Shown: piece by piece, positions 53,096-64,000 of the stretch
Layout: every line of letters begins with the position of its first letter
Position numbering within the stretch: the stretch's first letter is position 1
Assembly (NCBI GenBank): GCA_001687465.1
Contig: LVLI01000156.1
Location: 124,001-188,000, forward strand
From: Halocafeteria seosinensis
Taxonomy: Eukaryota
Direction: 5' to 3'
DNA: 64,000 nucleotides
The notes under the pieces: generated by a model
What the model was told of the DNA's origin: nothing
What the model saw: only the letters and a program-made list of their open reading frames with translations
Database searches by the model: none
Position numbers and translations under genes: made by a program

Positions 53096-55033
53096 CTAGT
53101 GGTGGAGCGACGATGCCGAATCAGTACTCCGGAAGGAAACTTTGCCAACAGACGTCCTCGAAATGGGGCGCTTATCAGTTGCGAGTCCAGATTCCGACGC
53201 TGGAGTACCTCTACCACTTTCTCGGGAAGAAAGAGTCCTCTCAGTAGAGTGTGGAGGAAAAACTCGACCAGATGCTCCGGAAACCGCGGAACTTGGCCTG
53301 TTGGTATAGTTGCCAACAGAAAATGCAGACTGAGGGCGACTAGAAGTATGCGTTACTGATTTTGAAGAGGGAGGTTGTATGGCACTTGATACACTTTCTG
53401 GCCTCATGCCAATCGAAGCAGCAGATTGCGGCCTCTCCGAAGACTGCGACGCCATACAGAACCGGTGTGTTGGTCTCGCTGACGAGCAGCGAGACTTTTT
53501 GGCGCTTTCTTGCAGGGTTCTCTGTAACGGTGATGGCATCTCTGGTCCCGTGGTCCGCTGAGTGCGTGGAATATTGAGTTTGAAGACCTGATAATCTGTT
53601 TGCGACAGTCTCCTTGATACCGCGCGTTTTTCTATGGGGTCTTCCAGTTCAGGCGAGTCTTTCTGTTTGCTAGATGAATCAACAGAGGTCCTTCCACCGG
53701 GGCAAGATGAGGGTTGTCCATGAGCTAGTCCATTTTCATCCTTATTCAAACTCTTACGCGGTCGAGGCTCTGTTACTTTCTGTCTGTCCATTGGTAATCG
53801 CTTTATAGCGTCGTTCATCTTCCTGTCTTGGTGAGGGTCTAGGAATCCATTTTCGAAATAATAATCAAACGGGGTATCGTCTGTCAGACTAGTCGTTTCT
53901 AGAGTCTTCTTGAAATTCGTTCTCCAGAGCGATTCATCCTCATTCACGGCACCTCCTCCTCGCTGACTTCTGCTGGAGAAGGAGACAACTGAACGGCGAG
54001 TATCTTGCCAGTTGTAGGACTCATCATCTTTCCTCCGTGTACGGAATGCAATACCTCTGTGGTTGGCAGAATGCCCTGGATAATGGGTTTCTTCGGAAAA
54101 TATCGTTCTAGAAGACTTTCCTAATGTGGTTCCTGCTCGGTAATCATCCTTGGTACTGTTCTCGGTCTTTGCTCGCGCTGTTTCTGTCGCTTTCGGGTTA
54201 TTGTTTCCAGACCTGGGTTCTGAAGGTACGGGAACCCCGGCCAGAGTTTCGCTGGATTTTGCTTTCCTTACCTGAGCATTGTTCCCATGCTTTGACTCCG
54301 CGGCTTGTTTTCCGACACTCTCACTAGAGGTTGAAACCCGCAGACCATCCGTAGTGCCTTTTTCCTTCGACTCAGAGGGACCTGAAGAGCTAGGTCTAAT
54401 GACTCCAAAGGACTCCAAGTAGCCAGTCAATTCTTTCATGGACAATGATTTACCCCGAACGCGGTATGGGATAGATTCGCTCCAAAATGAAGGTTCCAAC
54501 AGACATGCAATGTTATTGATAAACGCGATTCCATCGTAATCCAGTTTCCCGACCTCCCGCATGTATTCTGTGGCAGCACGAATGATATCAGTATTGGAAA
54601 TTGCGTCAATGTTGATCCCCTGCTGTTTTATAATTCTAATGATTTTATTCAAGTCTTTCTGCTTCTTTTGAAAAACAAAGGAAGTCGATAAAGCGGTGGA
54701 GGGGCGCTGCCCTTGTTGGATCAACTCCACTGGGGACCGGTTGCCTGTTCGCGACGCAAATTTCCTTTTCTGCTGTGTTCTTAAAGCTCGTCGAGCAAAC
54801 GCATCATCCATGGATTGTTTGTCTCTTTCAATATTAGCGCCTCTTTTCAACAACTGACTTTGCTTTCCCAAGTTACTTCGATTGAATTCTTTGGACGTGA
54901 GAGAGGTTACAGTTGGAAGTAGGGCCGGCGACTCCCACAGATCCCTCTGCTCCTTCTGTTTCTGCTTCAGTCTTGACCTAAGTTGTCCATTCCAGCGAAG
55001 ATAGCTGAGCGATTGCCCATATATCTTCTCCAT
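53096..55033 (-). CDS. Hypothetical 645-aa basic, Ser-rich protein with repeated RPxSA-like motifs
   Basis: Long uninterrupted ATG-initiated ORF with no recognisable domain. Confidence 0.7.
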   Translation of the reverse strand: MEKIYGQSLSYLRWNGQLRSRLKQKQKEQRDLWESPALLPTVTSLTSKEFNRSNLGKQSQLLKRGANIERDKQSMDDAFARRALRTQQKRKFASRTGNRSPVELIQQGQRPSTALSTSFVFQKKQKDLNKIIRIIKQQGINIDAISNTDIIRAATEYMREVGKLDYDGIAFINNIACLLEPSFWSESIPYRVRGKSLSMKELTGYLESFGVIRPSSSGPSESKEKGTTDGLRVSTSSESVGKQAAESKHGNNAQVRKAKSSETLAGVPVPSEPRSGNNNPKATETARAKTENSTKDDYRAGTTLGKSSRTIFSEETHYPGHSANHRGIAFRTRRKDDESYNWQDTRRSVVSFSSRSQRGGGAVNEDESLWRTNFKKTLETTSLTDDTPFDYYFENGFLDPHQDRKMNDAIKRLPMDRQKVTEPRPRKSLNKDENGLAHGQPSSCPGGRTSVDSSSKQKDSPELEDPIEKRAVSRRLSQTDYQVFKLNIPRTQRTTGPEMPSPLQRTLQESAKKSRCSSARPTHRFCMASQSSERPQSAASIGMRPESVSSAIQPPSSKSVTHTSSRPQSAFSVGNYTNRPSSAVSGASGRVFPPHSTERTLSSRESGRGTPASESGLATDKRPISRTSVGKVSFRSTDSASSLHH

Positions 55034-55758
55034 GGTCCTATCATCTTGGAATTGAGCTGCGGAGATGTGAAAGTACCAGAAGCCGCTCGCGACGAAATTT
55101 TAGAGCAATACTCACATTTAATTTTGTGAGCACGCCTCTCATTCTCTCGAGCTATTGCAATCTTTTTTTGCCGCTTCTTTGCTAAGTCTGGAGGAAAGTG
55201 AAATAATGGCAGTTTAACGTAATCGGATCTTGCCCTCCGACAGGACGGACATCGTCGCCAATGCTACATACCGAAGCTATTCATTGCCTCCGCTATCTCC
55301 GCATAACCATTACAGCCTCAAACAGTGGTCAGAGTATCCGTCGGAATCTTCCGCGCCACGTACTAGCCCTGTTGAGGAAATAATGAGCACCGACCGGTAA
55401 ACCGAGCTCGCACAACCAGTCGCAGGCGGCACGTCCCTTGGGCGAAGGGGCGTGTAGTATCCCCCGTCTGCCACTAAAGATGGGCCCTGTGTGCAATTAA
55501 GCGATAGGGGAACAACATATGGAGTCTTGCTGGGCACTCCACTTTTACATCCGACATCCCATCCCGACACTAGATGAAGGAATGTTTTGGATTCGTTGAA
55601 AGTAGACGGAAAGATTGTTGTCTCCTACCTGAGGTGGAACCGTAAAAAACCTTGCCCGCGTCTGTACCCTAATACATGCATAGGGGAGGTTGTTGTCTCG
55701 AGTGCAGATAGACTCTGTGTGTTCCTGTGTGATCGATTGGACGTTGGAGCGATAAACG

Positions 55759-57255
55759 ATGCGGTACAATTTTCGTCCGGATATTACGACCCAACAGGGA
55801 GCTGAGGAATGCTTGAAGAACCAGCCCACTGGAACTTACTGTACATGGAAGGCCTCCCCTTTCGCGTTAGGTCTGAGCTACGTCTCGCTGAATGACCAGA
55901 AGCCTGTTCACGTTCCTCTGGTGAACCGCAAAGGATATGTCTGCTCATACAACAACATGCAAGATGTGCATGTGGGTGTGAAGGAGTTCCTACGAAGCCG
56001 ACAATACTTAAACAGTGAATGCGTACTACCTGGGACCACAGAAGAAGCTGATGTCATTCGAGCAGTCGAACACGAGGCGAAGGAGTTGCGAAGCAACGAA
56101 AGATCATACTCAACTGGATCGAACAGTAAGTTGCTTCGTCCATGTGTCAGACGAGGTATTGGGTATTGTGAGATGTGTGCATGGTGTTGATTCCCAGGTC
56201 AAACGGAAGCGGCGGCTTATGAAAATGCTGACGGGAGTGTGTGGGGAGGAACTCCATCCACTGTGGATGTAGACGAGTTGCTTGCGGAACGAGAGGAGGC
56301 AAACATTGTGCCAACCAGTCCTTTCCGAAGTGCTATTGCGCTGGTCCTCTCACTGGTACTCTCTGCCCTTGTGGTGGTTTCGGTACCTATGCTAATTCAG
56401 AAATCTCTTGAAATACGAAAACGAGAATCAGAATTCACAGATCTCTCAACAGACATTCAGTCGCAGGTGGTGGATTCTTTACGAAGCCATCAGTATACCG
56501 GGGGAGATTGCGAGACAGAAATGTACCAATGGATAGAGGGTGTGATATCACATGTCCACTCCTTTCAGGAATTAGCAGACAGTATAGGTTTAGCTGATTT
56601 AGCAACACAATTAGCCCTCTGTTTTACGGGTATCTGGATACTGATCCCGGCTATGTTATTGGTAGGGTGCCCTTCTGCTAAAGAACCTACAGGTGAAGGA
56701 CGACGAAGATTACACAAGGTGTCTAGGGTGTTGTGGATGGTAGTTTTCTGGATCAGCTTATTCTCAGGCGTAACAGTCGGATATTACTTATTTAAGATTC
56801 TCTGGAGACCTTCTCTTGCTATACAGGCTTTCCTGGATGTTGTGGGCAGAAACGTCATGGACCGAGTGGAAACTAGTGATGTTTGCCATGAAGAAATGTA
56901 TAAGTATGCTCAAACACTCTTTGAAAAGCCAGCATTCATCTCGTTGGACTGCATCTATACGAATTGGATAATTTTCCTGCGGCACATGTCCGCCTTTGAA
57001 GGATGGTTTCTAGTTCCAGAAGACACGTATCTTTTCGCGCAGCATCAGAAATACATTGGACCTTCCTGTACGGTGGTGCCATTGCCGGATACGTTAATGT
57101 CAACCGCGCTAGTGGGCTTGTTTGGAATGCTTGGTTGCACTCTAGGGACGTTTTTTGTGGTTCGCGTACTCACTGACCTCTCTTCAGGTTGCAAACTCAT
57201 GTACGCGAAAATCAAACCAGCTGCTTCTTCACAGCAAAAAGAAAAGGTTTTATGA
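55759..57255 (+). CDS. SH2-like domain fused to a multi-pass membrane region (2 exons)
   Basis: Intron 56126-56197 (GTAAGT...CCCAG) joins ORF 55759-56125 in frame to the 56198-57255 ORF. Exon 1 shows an SH2 pattern (ITTQQGAEECLKNQPTGTY...LGLSYV...VH). Exon 2 has four hydrophobic segments. Confidence 0.55.
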
Positions 57256-57844
57256 TCAGTGCTGCGCATCTGGATTCTCGGATGCTGTTGTTCCCACCAA
57301 ATATGGCGACGGAAAATGTAGGGTCCCACAATGATCTGCAGCGTTTTGTTGACTTATGGAGGCACTATGAAAACCTTCCACAGCGGGAAGTTTCAGCTAA
57401 TTTTTGGAGCTGGTAGACTATTAAGGCTACTGGACATCATGTTTTAGTAACAGTTATACCGGGGCCACTAGTTGCCTACCAGTGAATGAACACTGCTATC
57501 GTGACTAGCAACTTCCATAGTGTGAGTGATGATTTCACTGTAACGCGCTGCCGTACAACTACCATGTATTATAAATTGAATCCACTTACAGTTGTACAAG
57601 TTGTTTTGTACCACTGACAGTACAGTACTGTCCGAGTTACGGACCATATGAACAAGGCAAACATTTCGTCTACTTTGGAAGGGACATGCACACTTCTGTT
57701 CGGAACAAGTGGTTTATGCGTGATTATTAGGGTGCTGTTTCACGTAATTTCAGTTTGGGTAGCAAGAGAGCTTCTTGCCTTGTGTTGTTGTCTGTCTGCG
57801 CTTTCAGTAGAGAAGACAGTACGTGATTATCGAGCTATAGAATC

Positions 57845-58958
57845 ATGACCTTGGGGGTGGTATCTTTGACACGAAGGGCTCTGGCTCAAAGAACAGCGCT
57901 TTCTGCTTCTTTTGCACGTGCTCCTACTGCCAGATTAGGCCTCTTTGCACCTCTCACTCGTGCAGCAATGTCGTCTGAGGCCTCCACTGCTGCGCACAAA
58001 GTTGTACTCATCCGCCACGGAGAGAGCCAATGGAACAAGGAGAACAAATTCACGGGTTGGACAGGTAAATACGAAGCTTTATGACGGTGTATCATGGTCA
58101 ATAGAAGGTATTCACTGTTCCCGACACTTTCTTTGTCCTTGTGCAGATGTGCCCCTCAATGAAACTGGACGCCAGGAAGCTCATGAAGCTGCCAAACAGC
58201 TCTCCAAAGCTGGGTTCACATTCGATGTCTGCTTTACTTCTGTCCTGAAACGAGCTATTTCCACCCTATGGTACGTTGTCCATATCTATTCAACATAAAC
58301 ATTGGTATATTCAAACGATACGATTGACATGTACCATTTTTCAGGATTGTGTTGGAAGATATGGATCTGCAATGGCTCCCTGTCCACAACAACTGGAGAC
58401 TCAACGAACGCCACTATGGTGCATTGCAAGGGCTTAATAAAACGGAAACCGCGGAAAAGCACGGAGAAGATCAAGTTAAGGTCTGGCGGAGATCTTACAG
58501 TACCCCGCCGCCTGCACTCACCGAGGATGATGAGAGGTTCCCCGGGCATGATCGCCGCTACGCAGGTAAGATCGGCCGTACATATTCGATTGTTCTGCTT
58601 TAGTTCGAATCAACAACTGTCGCTTCCAGATGTACCGACTGAAGAGCTTCCAACCACTGAGTCTCTAGAACTTACTGTTAAGCGGTTTCTTCCTGCATGG
58701 CACAATGAGATTGCCCCAACAATCAAGAGCGGCAAGCGTGTTCTCGTTGCAGCCCATGGAAACTCCCTCAGGGCTTTGGTCAAATATTTAGATAACATAT
58801 CCGAAGAGGAAATTGTAGGATTGAACATTCCGACTGGTATTCCCTTAGTGTACGAGCTGGATAAAGATCTGAAGCCCATCAAGAGCTACTACCTCGGCGA
58901 CCAAGAGGAGATTGCTAAACGCACGGCGGCGGTTGCGTCACAAGCAAGCAAGAAGTAG
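57845..58958 (+). CDS. gpmA: 2,3-bisphosphoglycerate-dependent phosphoglycerate mutase with N-terminal presequence (4 exons)
   Basis: [42 protein letters not shown] and LNIPTGIP. Confidence 0.95.
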
Positions 58959-59007
58959 AAACGCAGTGTGGCGTTCTTCCTCTTTAGAATATATTATTCC
59001 TTCTTCA

Positions 59008-62000
59008 TTAGGCCACCAAATCGCTTTCATCCTCTTTGACGATCACACTATCCAGTGCTGCTGTCGCTGTCTTAAGTCTCGACCTCAGCATCCGCTTTTT
59101 CGGTTTGTTGTTCTCGTAGGTGGTGGCTATATGAGCCTTCATGTATTTGTTCAGAAACAATCCCAGTCCATCTCTGATCAATGCCGTGTCACTGCTGTTA
59201 CCACATCTGGGAAAGAGGACGATGGAAACGAATGACCCAAGCAAACGTATTTGCCGCATACAGCCGTAAACTCACCTTGTGAATACTGCTTTCAGAACAA
59301 CTTCATTGTCGCAAGACTGAAGGATGGCCCCTATACACGCTCGCAAGAACAAAAGAGCCTTCTGTGAAAGATTGGTGAAATCGAATACCTTGAGTACCGC
59401 AATCGAAAGACTGAAATTGGATATCAAGTACGCAAGTAAACGAGCAAGGTTATAAATTTTCCGAGTCTGCACAGCGGAAGACAACATAGTTGGAGAAAGA
59501 GAACAAGTATTGGGGTATTCTCGACTTACCTCATACTCTTCCAGCAGTTTGATGTTGTCCCACAGCGATAGCTGAAATGTGAACTTAATACTCGGCTTCT
59601 CTTCGCACAGTTTTCGTCCCACTACAGCGTAAAAAGGGTTGAAGACTGACTCTTGTCCGCAGCAGTCTACTAAGACCCTCACTATCTCTCGCTCCGCTGA
59701 CCCCTTCAGGTTTAGCTTGAGCAATCTCTCTAGAGCTGAATCTGGGTCAGAAGCACCCATAAGGGCAACAAACACGCTTCGGCGTACGGCAGTATTCATC
59801 CGTTGTTTTCGTGCAAGCTCAAGCAGTTGCGCCTCTTCGCTTCGAACAGTAAGTCCACCTGCTAACTCTTGTTCTTTCGAAGAACCAGTATCTTCCTTGG
59901 ATGCGGAGTTCCCTGCCCAAGTTGATCCAACCAGCCACCATCTCCCCCGTTCGTTAATATTCATAAAGTCTTCCCAACTTGCCCTTACCGTCCGATCACC
60001 AAGGTCGCTTGCTTTCTGGTTACCTAGCTTCGAGAGCCATTTTTTTAAGGTCATCCCTCGTTCGAGCAACTGCTGGTGCGACTGACGCTTCCTGTTATTT
60101 TTGATATCCATGATCATCTCCAGCATTACTTGCAACCTCATACTCATCGAGGTATCGTCTTCTTCTTCAGCGTCATGGGCAATCTGGCTATCCCTAGACA
60201 CAGTGGCTCCCTTCTTCTTCGTAGCCATTTCAACTGTTGCGCCAAAATCCCTTGCTCTGTTTTGGATGATCGAGATAACATCTCGCAGCCCCTCTGGATC
60301 ATCACTTCGCAATTGCCACCCTGTGTACTTGACTAGTACCAGGATTAGCTCGACATCCGATTCGCGGAATCTCCGACTGAGCAACGTTGCAACCTGAACA
60401 ATTAACTGGCTATAAACAATATTGAAAATGTATAAATAGCACAGAAGATGAACCAAGTTTCGTTGTTCGCTTGTATCGGAATCCGTTGAAACCTGCGTAT
60501 CGTCGTTTCCCTCAGTTGCTTCTGCCAGTGACAGTGACTTTGGTAAGTGCAAAATTTCTTGAAGACGATGAGAGATCTTCTCGGCCATATATGCTCCAAC
60601 AGAGTGGCCTACGTAAATATGCAGCGCAGCTATGAGACCCGCATATACCATAATCAAACTCTGAGCAATTTGCTTATTCTGAGTGCATGCCTCCAGAATA
60701 CAAGTCGAAATAATTCCATTAACAACTCCTTTCCCGTGGCCATCATATCTGCGATTGTAGGTTCAAAATCACCGGAGACAGCACCCCGCATTCTGTCAGC
60801 GGGTCATCAACTTACATTCCAGCAATTTCTTTCGCTATTGGCTCTATATTGGCTTCAGCAAGACGGTTTAGCAACCCCTGAAGGATCGAGGCATTCAATG
60901 CAAAGGAATGCAAATGATAACCGTTACGATTGACTTACCTTAATGCGTTTCGTTACTCGGACCACACTATCACTCTTTCCACTATTGCGCAGACTTGGGG
61001 GAACGTATTTTCCTCCTTGCTCACCACTGCGCGAAATGGAGGCTGCAGCCGTCTCTGCGGCATGCTGCGCTTCGTCGACTTCCCGTTTGATGGCCTGCTC
61101 TTTTTTCTCCTTCATTGCTTCTTGCGTTATTCCCAATTCTTCATGTGCATCAGAAGGTCCTGCCTCTCCATAAAGTTTTTCATATTTCGCCCGTCTGCGA
61201 GCAGCAGCGTCTTCGTAGGTTGATTTGTCATTTCCCATCTCTTTATCCTCATTTGGAGCGCTCGAACTGTCGTCCATTTGCTCGTCAGCCTCCAATGCGT
61301 TCGTATCTCCATCCTCCAAAGCGTGCTCATCTTCATCACCGGTGTCCTCTGCCGACAACTCCCCTCCCTCGTCCTCATCACCAGCTAGCTCCTCCTCTGA
61401 TGAGTCCCCATCATTTTCTAGCTCTTCTTCTGATGAATCGTCATCGTGATCTTCTCCTGTGGTATCATCCTCCCCTTCCTCCCCCTCGCTTTCCAACTCT
61501 GACTCCTCATTTCTTGATTGCACTGTCGTCGTTCGGTCTTTTGCTGAGGCCCCGGAGCTACCCCCAAGTTTGTCAAGCCCTTCTAAAAAATTGAAGAATC
61601 CTTCATCGAATCCATCTTTAATATACTCGTTCTTCAATTTCTTCTTAGATTTGTCGACGTTACTCTCTTTCTTACCTGGGCCACCTCCACGAATGCCTAA
61701 CTTTTTTTCTAAATACCTTATCTCTGCATCTTCCGGATCACTGTCTTCTTCCTCTTGTGACTGTGTTTGACTGTATGGTTGCTGTCTTTTTGAATGAGAG
61801 CTTTCAGCAGGCTTATTATGGCTTGTTTTCTGCCTCTTTTGACTCTGGGTGTTGTTTTCCTTGCTGCTCTTGGTCTCCGTAGAGCTCTCATTTGCTATAT
61901 TACGCTTCCCTTGTCCATTGAGACTAACCGCATCAGTCAGAGGGGTCTCTTTCCGCTTTTCTTTATAATGGAGATCCTTCTTCTGTTTCTTGGCTTGACG

Positions 62001-62117
62001 CCGGAGCTTCCGTAATTCCTTCCGCGAGAGCTGCTGCTGCTGCTGCTTCTGACCCTCCGCGGGAGCAGCCCCTCCCATTGCTGTTTTCTTCTTACCTTTG
62101 GCCATTTCCCCTCTCAT
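59008..62117 (-). CDS. NOM1: Nucleolar MIF4G domain-containing protein 1 (NOM1/Sgd1), MIF4G + MA3
   Basis: EIRYLEKKLG, GKYVPPSLR, K|GLLNRLAEANI, GRWWLVGSTW, LARKQRMNTAVRRSVF and EREIVRVLVDCCGQE. Confidence 0.92.
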
Positions 62118-64000
62118 AGCACACTCGTATACATTTCTCCCTAGGTGCCAATACCCTTCAAAGACAAGTTAACAGCTAGTGTACAGGCGTGAACATTTTG
62201 TGAAGTTGAGGTCATCTTGAAGTTTTTCGGGTTGATACGAGGGTAGGTATGCTTCTAAACTTCATGTTTGCAAACTTCTACACTTCGTAAAATTGAGGCC
62301 TTTGCGACTCAGCGCGGCGACTCCGCCGATATTGGATGCGTGCGGTGGATAAATGCGCTACTGTTTGCATATGAGGACGCACATCGGGGTAAAAGTTGTC
62401 AGTGTTTGAATCATACCCCGGACACAGGCTCGCGGAACTAAAACCACTGGTTGTTGCGGTCCATGTAGCGTGAGATCAGGTAGTTCGGTCTAATTGCCGA
62501 ATTGTTGCGGGTTTTATTCTACTAACAGCATCTCTCCGTCTGAATTAAAAAAGTCCGTGGGAAAGTTCTTTGGACGCTGTACAGGCCAGCGTTCCCAGGA
62601 AGAAACTCTCGGATATTCATTGTGATGAGATGTTTCTTCGCCAGACGCACGTACGTATTGCGGTGCTGCGCGGGGAGAACATTTTCGATCGACTTCTTCG
62701 TGTAGGCCTTCCAAGTAGTCTTTCCAAGACTTCTGCAACGTAGCGATTCAGCCTGCAAACACTACCCTGGGTCATCAATGAGCGTGCTTTACGAAGAACT
62801 AATTGCGTACGCATCTAGGAACTCTTTTAGTGTTCTTGCAGTGTGCCACTGATTGCTTCTGTCACTTTGGGTTACTATTAACTTACTAGCTGCCGCCGCG
62901 AATTCACGGTTTTTTGGGTTTCATCGACGTGAATTCCTTTGGGGAGCAAATCTGCTCCTTACGGGAGCCGAAACATGCTCCTGGCTAAATGACAACTACT
63001 CCATCAGCATACTTACCTGGCATAAGGGACATTGTCCAACGCATCGACTACAAGAGTGAACGTAAACCACCGTTTTTAGCTGAGCTTTCTTCGAGGAATG
63101 GTATGTATCCTTCAGTAGAGGGCTGTGGTTACATGTGCTTCTTACTTGCAAGCATCAGTATAGGCTTCGGACGGGACATGTAACAGTTTGATGCTGGTTT
63201 CGTCCAAATTCAGCACAAGATCCGGAGGAGTCAGTAGAGCAGATAGAGCCATTGTGCCATCATAATATTCTCATCCCGAGAAAACTCCTGGTGATACTGG
63301 GACAGCTCACTACGTATTTTACCAAATAGCACATACTCCTTGTGATAAGATATACATTTTCGATGGATAATATGGTATTTGGCGACGCTTCAAGGGGGGC
63401 CCCCTTTTCTAAATCCGGTATTCGTCTAACCCTAAGTTGTTGGGCCCAAACGATCACAAAGCCGGGTGAAGAACACTTGTGTCGATCTATCTCCGCGATT
63501 CATTGTCCTCAATGTTCCAATCAAACTCACAACCAGTTATTCAGCATAAAATGACAATCCAGACACCCTATATAGAGGTAACAAAAAAACTTTCAAAGTG
63601 CAATCCAAGCATTGTCCGTACCAATTTGAATTCACATTCCTTCGCGACTTAAAGGCGTAGCTTGCCTTATAGTTTACAGACTGTAAATTACAGCTTGTAC
63701 ATGACTTGTTTCGTGATAACACTTATATCGTACAAGATAGTTCCTAAGTGCCATTATTTCTGAACCAACCGCTGTCCCATACTGCGTCGCAACGCCACGC
63801 TGGAATATTGTTGGTATAACCCTGCAGGTGCTGACAATCTTATACTTCTCTCCAATCCAAGCAGTACCGCGCTCGCTGAAACGGACTGATCACTACTAAC
63901 TGCCGCGAATTCCATTGGAATTTGATAGGAGAATGTTTCAGTTATTTCGAATGAGGTTCCTTCGGGTAGTCCCAGTAACACCGGTACACTTGACGGGGCA

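Overview
Gene-dense eukaryotic nuclear DNA with short (mostly 60-90 nt) GT-AG spliceosomal introns. A heterotrophic stramenopile-like protist is my inference, based mainly on a mitochondrion-presequence phosphoglycerate mutase and a PTS2 thiolase. About 22 protein-coding loci are supported: BAP31-like, MCM5, DUF726/TMCO4, HADHB-type thiolase, an intact hAT transposase, mitochondrial EF-G2, TraB-like, a tiny hyperacidic protein, Nup205, RNase T2, CCP1-like carboxypeptidase, NSE3/MAGE, DGAT2, a twin-CX9C EMI1/DUF3128 protein, a vigilin-like multi-KH protein, LARP7-like, ACAA1 thiolase, dPGM, NOM1 and three unknowns. Several only appear after manual splicing (NSE3/MAGE, EMI1-like, the acidic protein, BAP31). 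The most unusual items are four. First, a frameshifted remnant of a bacterial-type adenosylhomocysteinase-like gene (candidate decayed horizontal transfer). Second, a Bfr1/PPI1-like coiled coil fused to about 15 KH repeats, i.e. a possible fusion of the yeast partners Bfr1 and Scp160. Third, an SH2-like domain spliced onto a multi-pass membrane protein. Fourth, a prothymosin/ANP32-tail-like stand-alone acidic protein. Family assignments come from motif recognition by eye, not database searches. I saw no rRNA, tRNA or CRISPR array.
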